From the IMG/VR virus record IMGVR_UViG_3300045988_129598: a stretch of DNA of 63,683 nucleotides. One strand, written 5' to 3'. This document shows positions 63,633-63,683 of the stretch, one piece after another. Below the pieces are notes generated by a model. It did no database searches. It saw only the letters and a program-made list of their open reading frames with translations, and had not been told where the DNA came from. This DNA is from a virus. Made by a program: the position numbers and the translations under genes. The first letter of the stretch is position 1; every line of letters starts with the position of its first letter.

Positions 63633-63683
63633 AGAAATCACTCCTTTCACTATACAGCATGTAATTTCTGCGAAAAAAAAAAG
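63585..63683. repeat. 99-bp terminal overlap (copy of 1..99)
   Basis: Identical to 1..99. Confidence 0.9.

Noticed and set aside
1-63683. A search for reverse transcriptase/DGR, CRISPR arrays, rRNA, transposase or IS elements, inteins or introns in nrdD, polB, terL or thyX, and stop-codon reassignment.
   Set aside because: None was found by eye. The large genes are uninterrupted with contiguous motifs, and standard stops delimit well-formed genes. This negative result is limited by manual inspection.

Overview
The window is a complete, circularly closed genome of a temperate tailed phage. Bases 1-99 are identical to 63585-63683, so the unique length is 63,584 bp. The strong GGAGG ribosome-binding sites (RBS), anaerobic nrdDG, a Dp-1-type holin and a P60 lysin suggest a Firmicutes/Clostridia-like host. 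Almost every gene is on the minus strand, so transcription runs from high to low coordinates.

Modules in transcription order:
- 63.6-43.2 kb: about 55 small early genes, many paralogous, many membrane or zinc-ribbon proteins. This block also holds NrdD/NrdG, ThyX, a Lar-like protein, a lipoprotein and a free-standing copy of the prohead-protease domain.
- 43.2-42.9 kb: an iteron-rich, AT-rich putative origin.
- 42.9-35.9 kb: replication genes. These are a 1330-aa SF3 helicase + primase-polymerase + family-B polymerase fusion, DUF3310, an SSB, an SNF2/DEAD helicase and two PD-(D/E)xK nucleases.
- 35.9-33.1 kb: a 936-aa protein with the signatures of a two-barrel (YonO/RdRP-like, DFDGD) RNA polymerase plus helix-turn-helix (HTH) domains.
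- 32.8-13.4 kb: a candidate cos region, HNH, TerL, portal, a protease-capsid fusion, head-tail genes, tail tube, chaperones, a 2075-aa tape measure, Dit and Tal. Two paralogous proteins flank terL; one carries a polymorphic-toxin-type-50-like C-terminus followed by a small acidic candidate immunity gene.
- 13.4-10.2 kb: an integration cassette with a tyrosine integrase, a tRNA 3'-fragment attP, a DUF4406-like gene and a plus-strand micro-gene.
- 10.2-0.16 kb: endolysin, MazG, three fibre genes (one with an SGNH esterase), a block of unknown genes, an ImmA-like peptidase and the holin.

The most notable non-coding signal is a fixed-spacing motif, TCGCR-N14-TATAAT-AG, present 11 times in front of minus-strand genes, usually right after an intrinsic terminator. 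Two copies share a 44-nt extended version and are followed by a terminator before the first gene. The only two plus-strand genes instead have canonical sigma-70-type promoters.

All functional names come from motifs read by eye. No database search or folding program was run.
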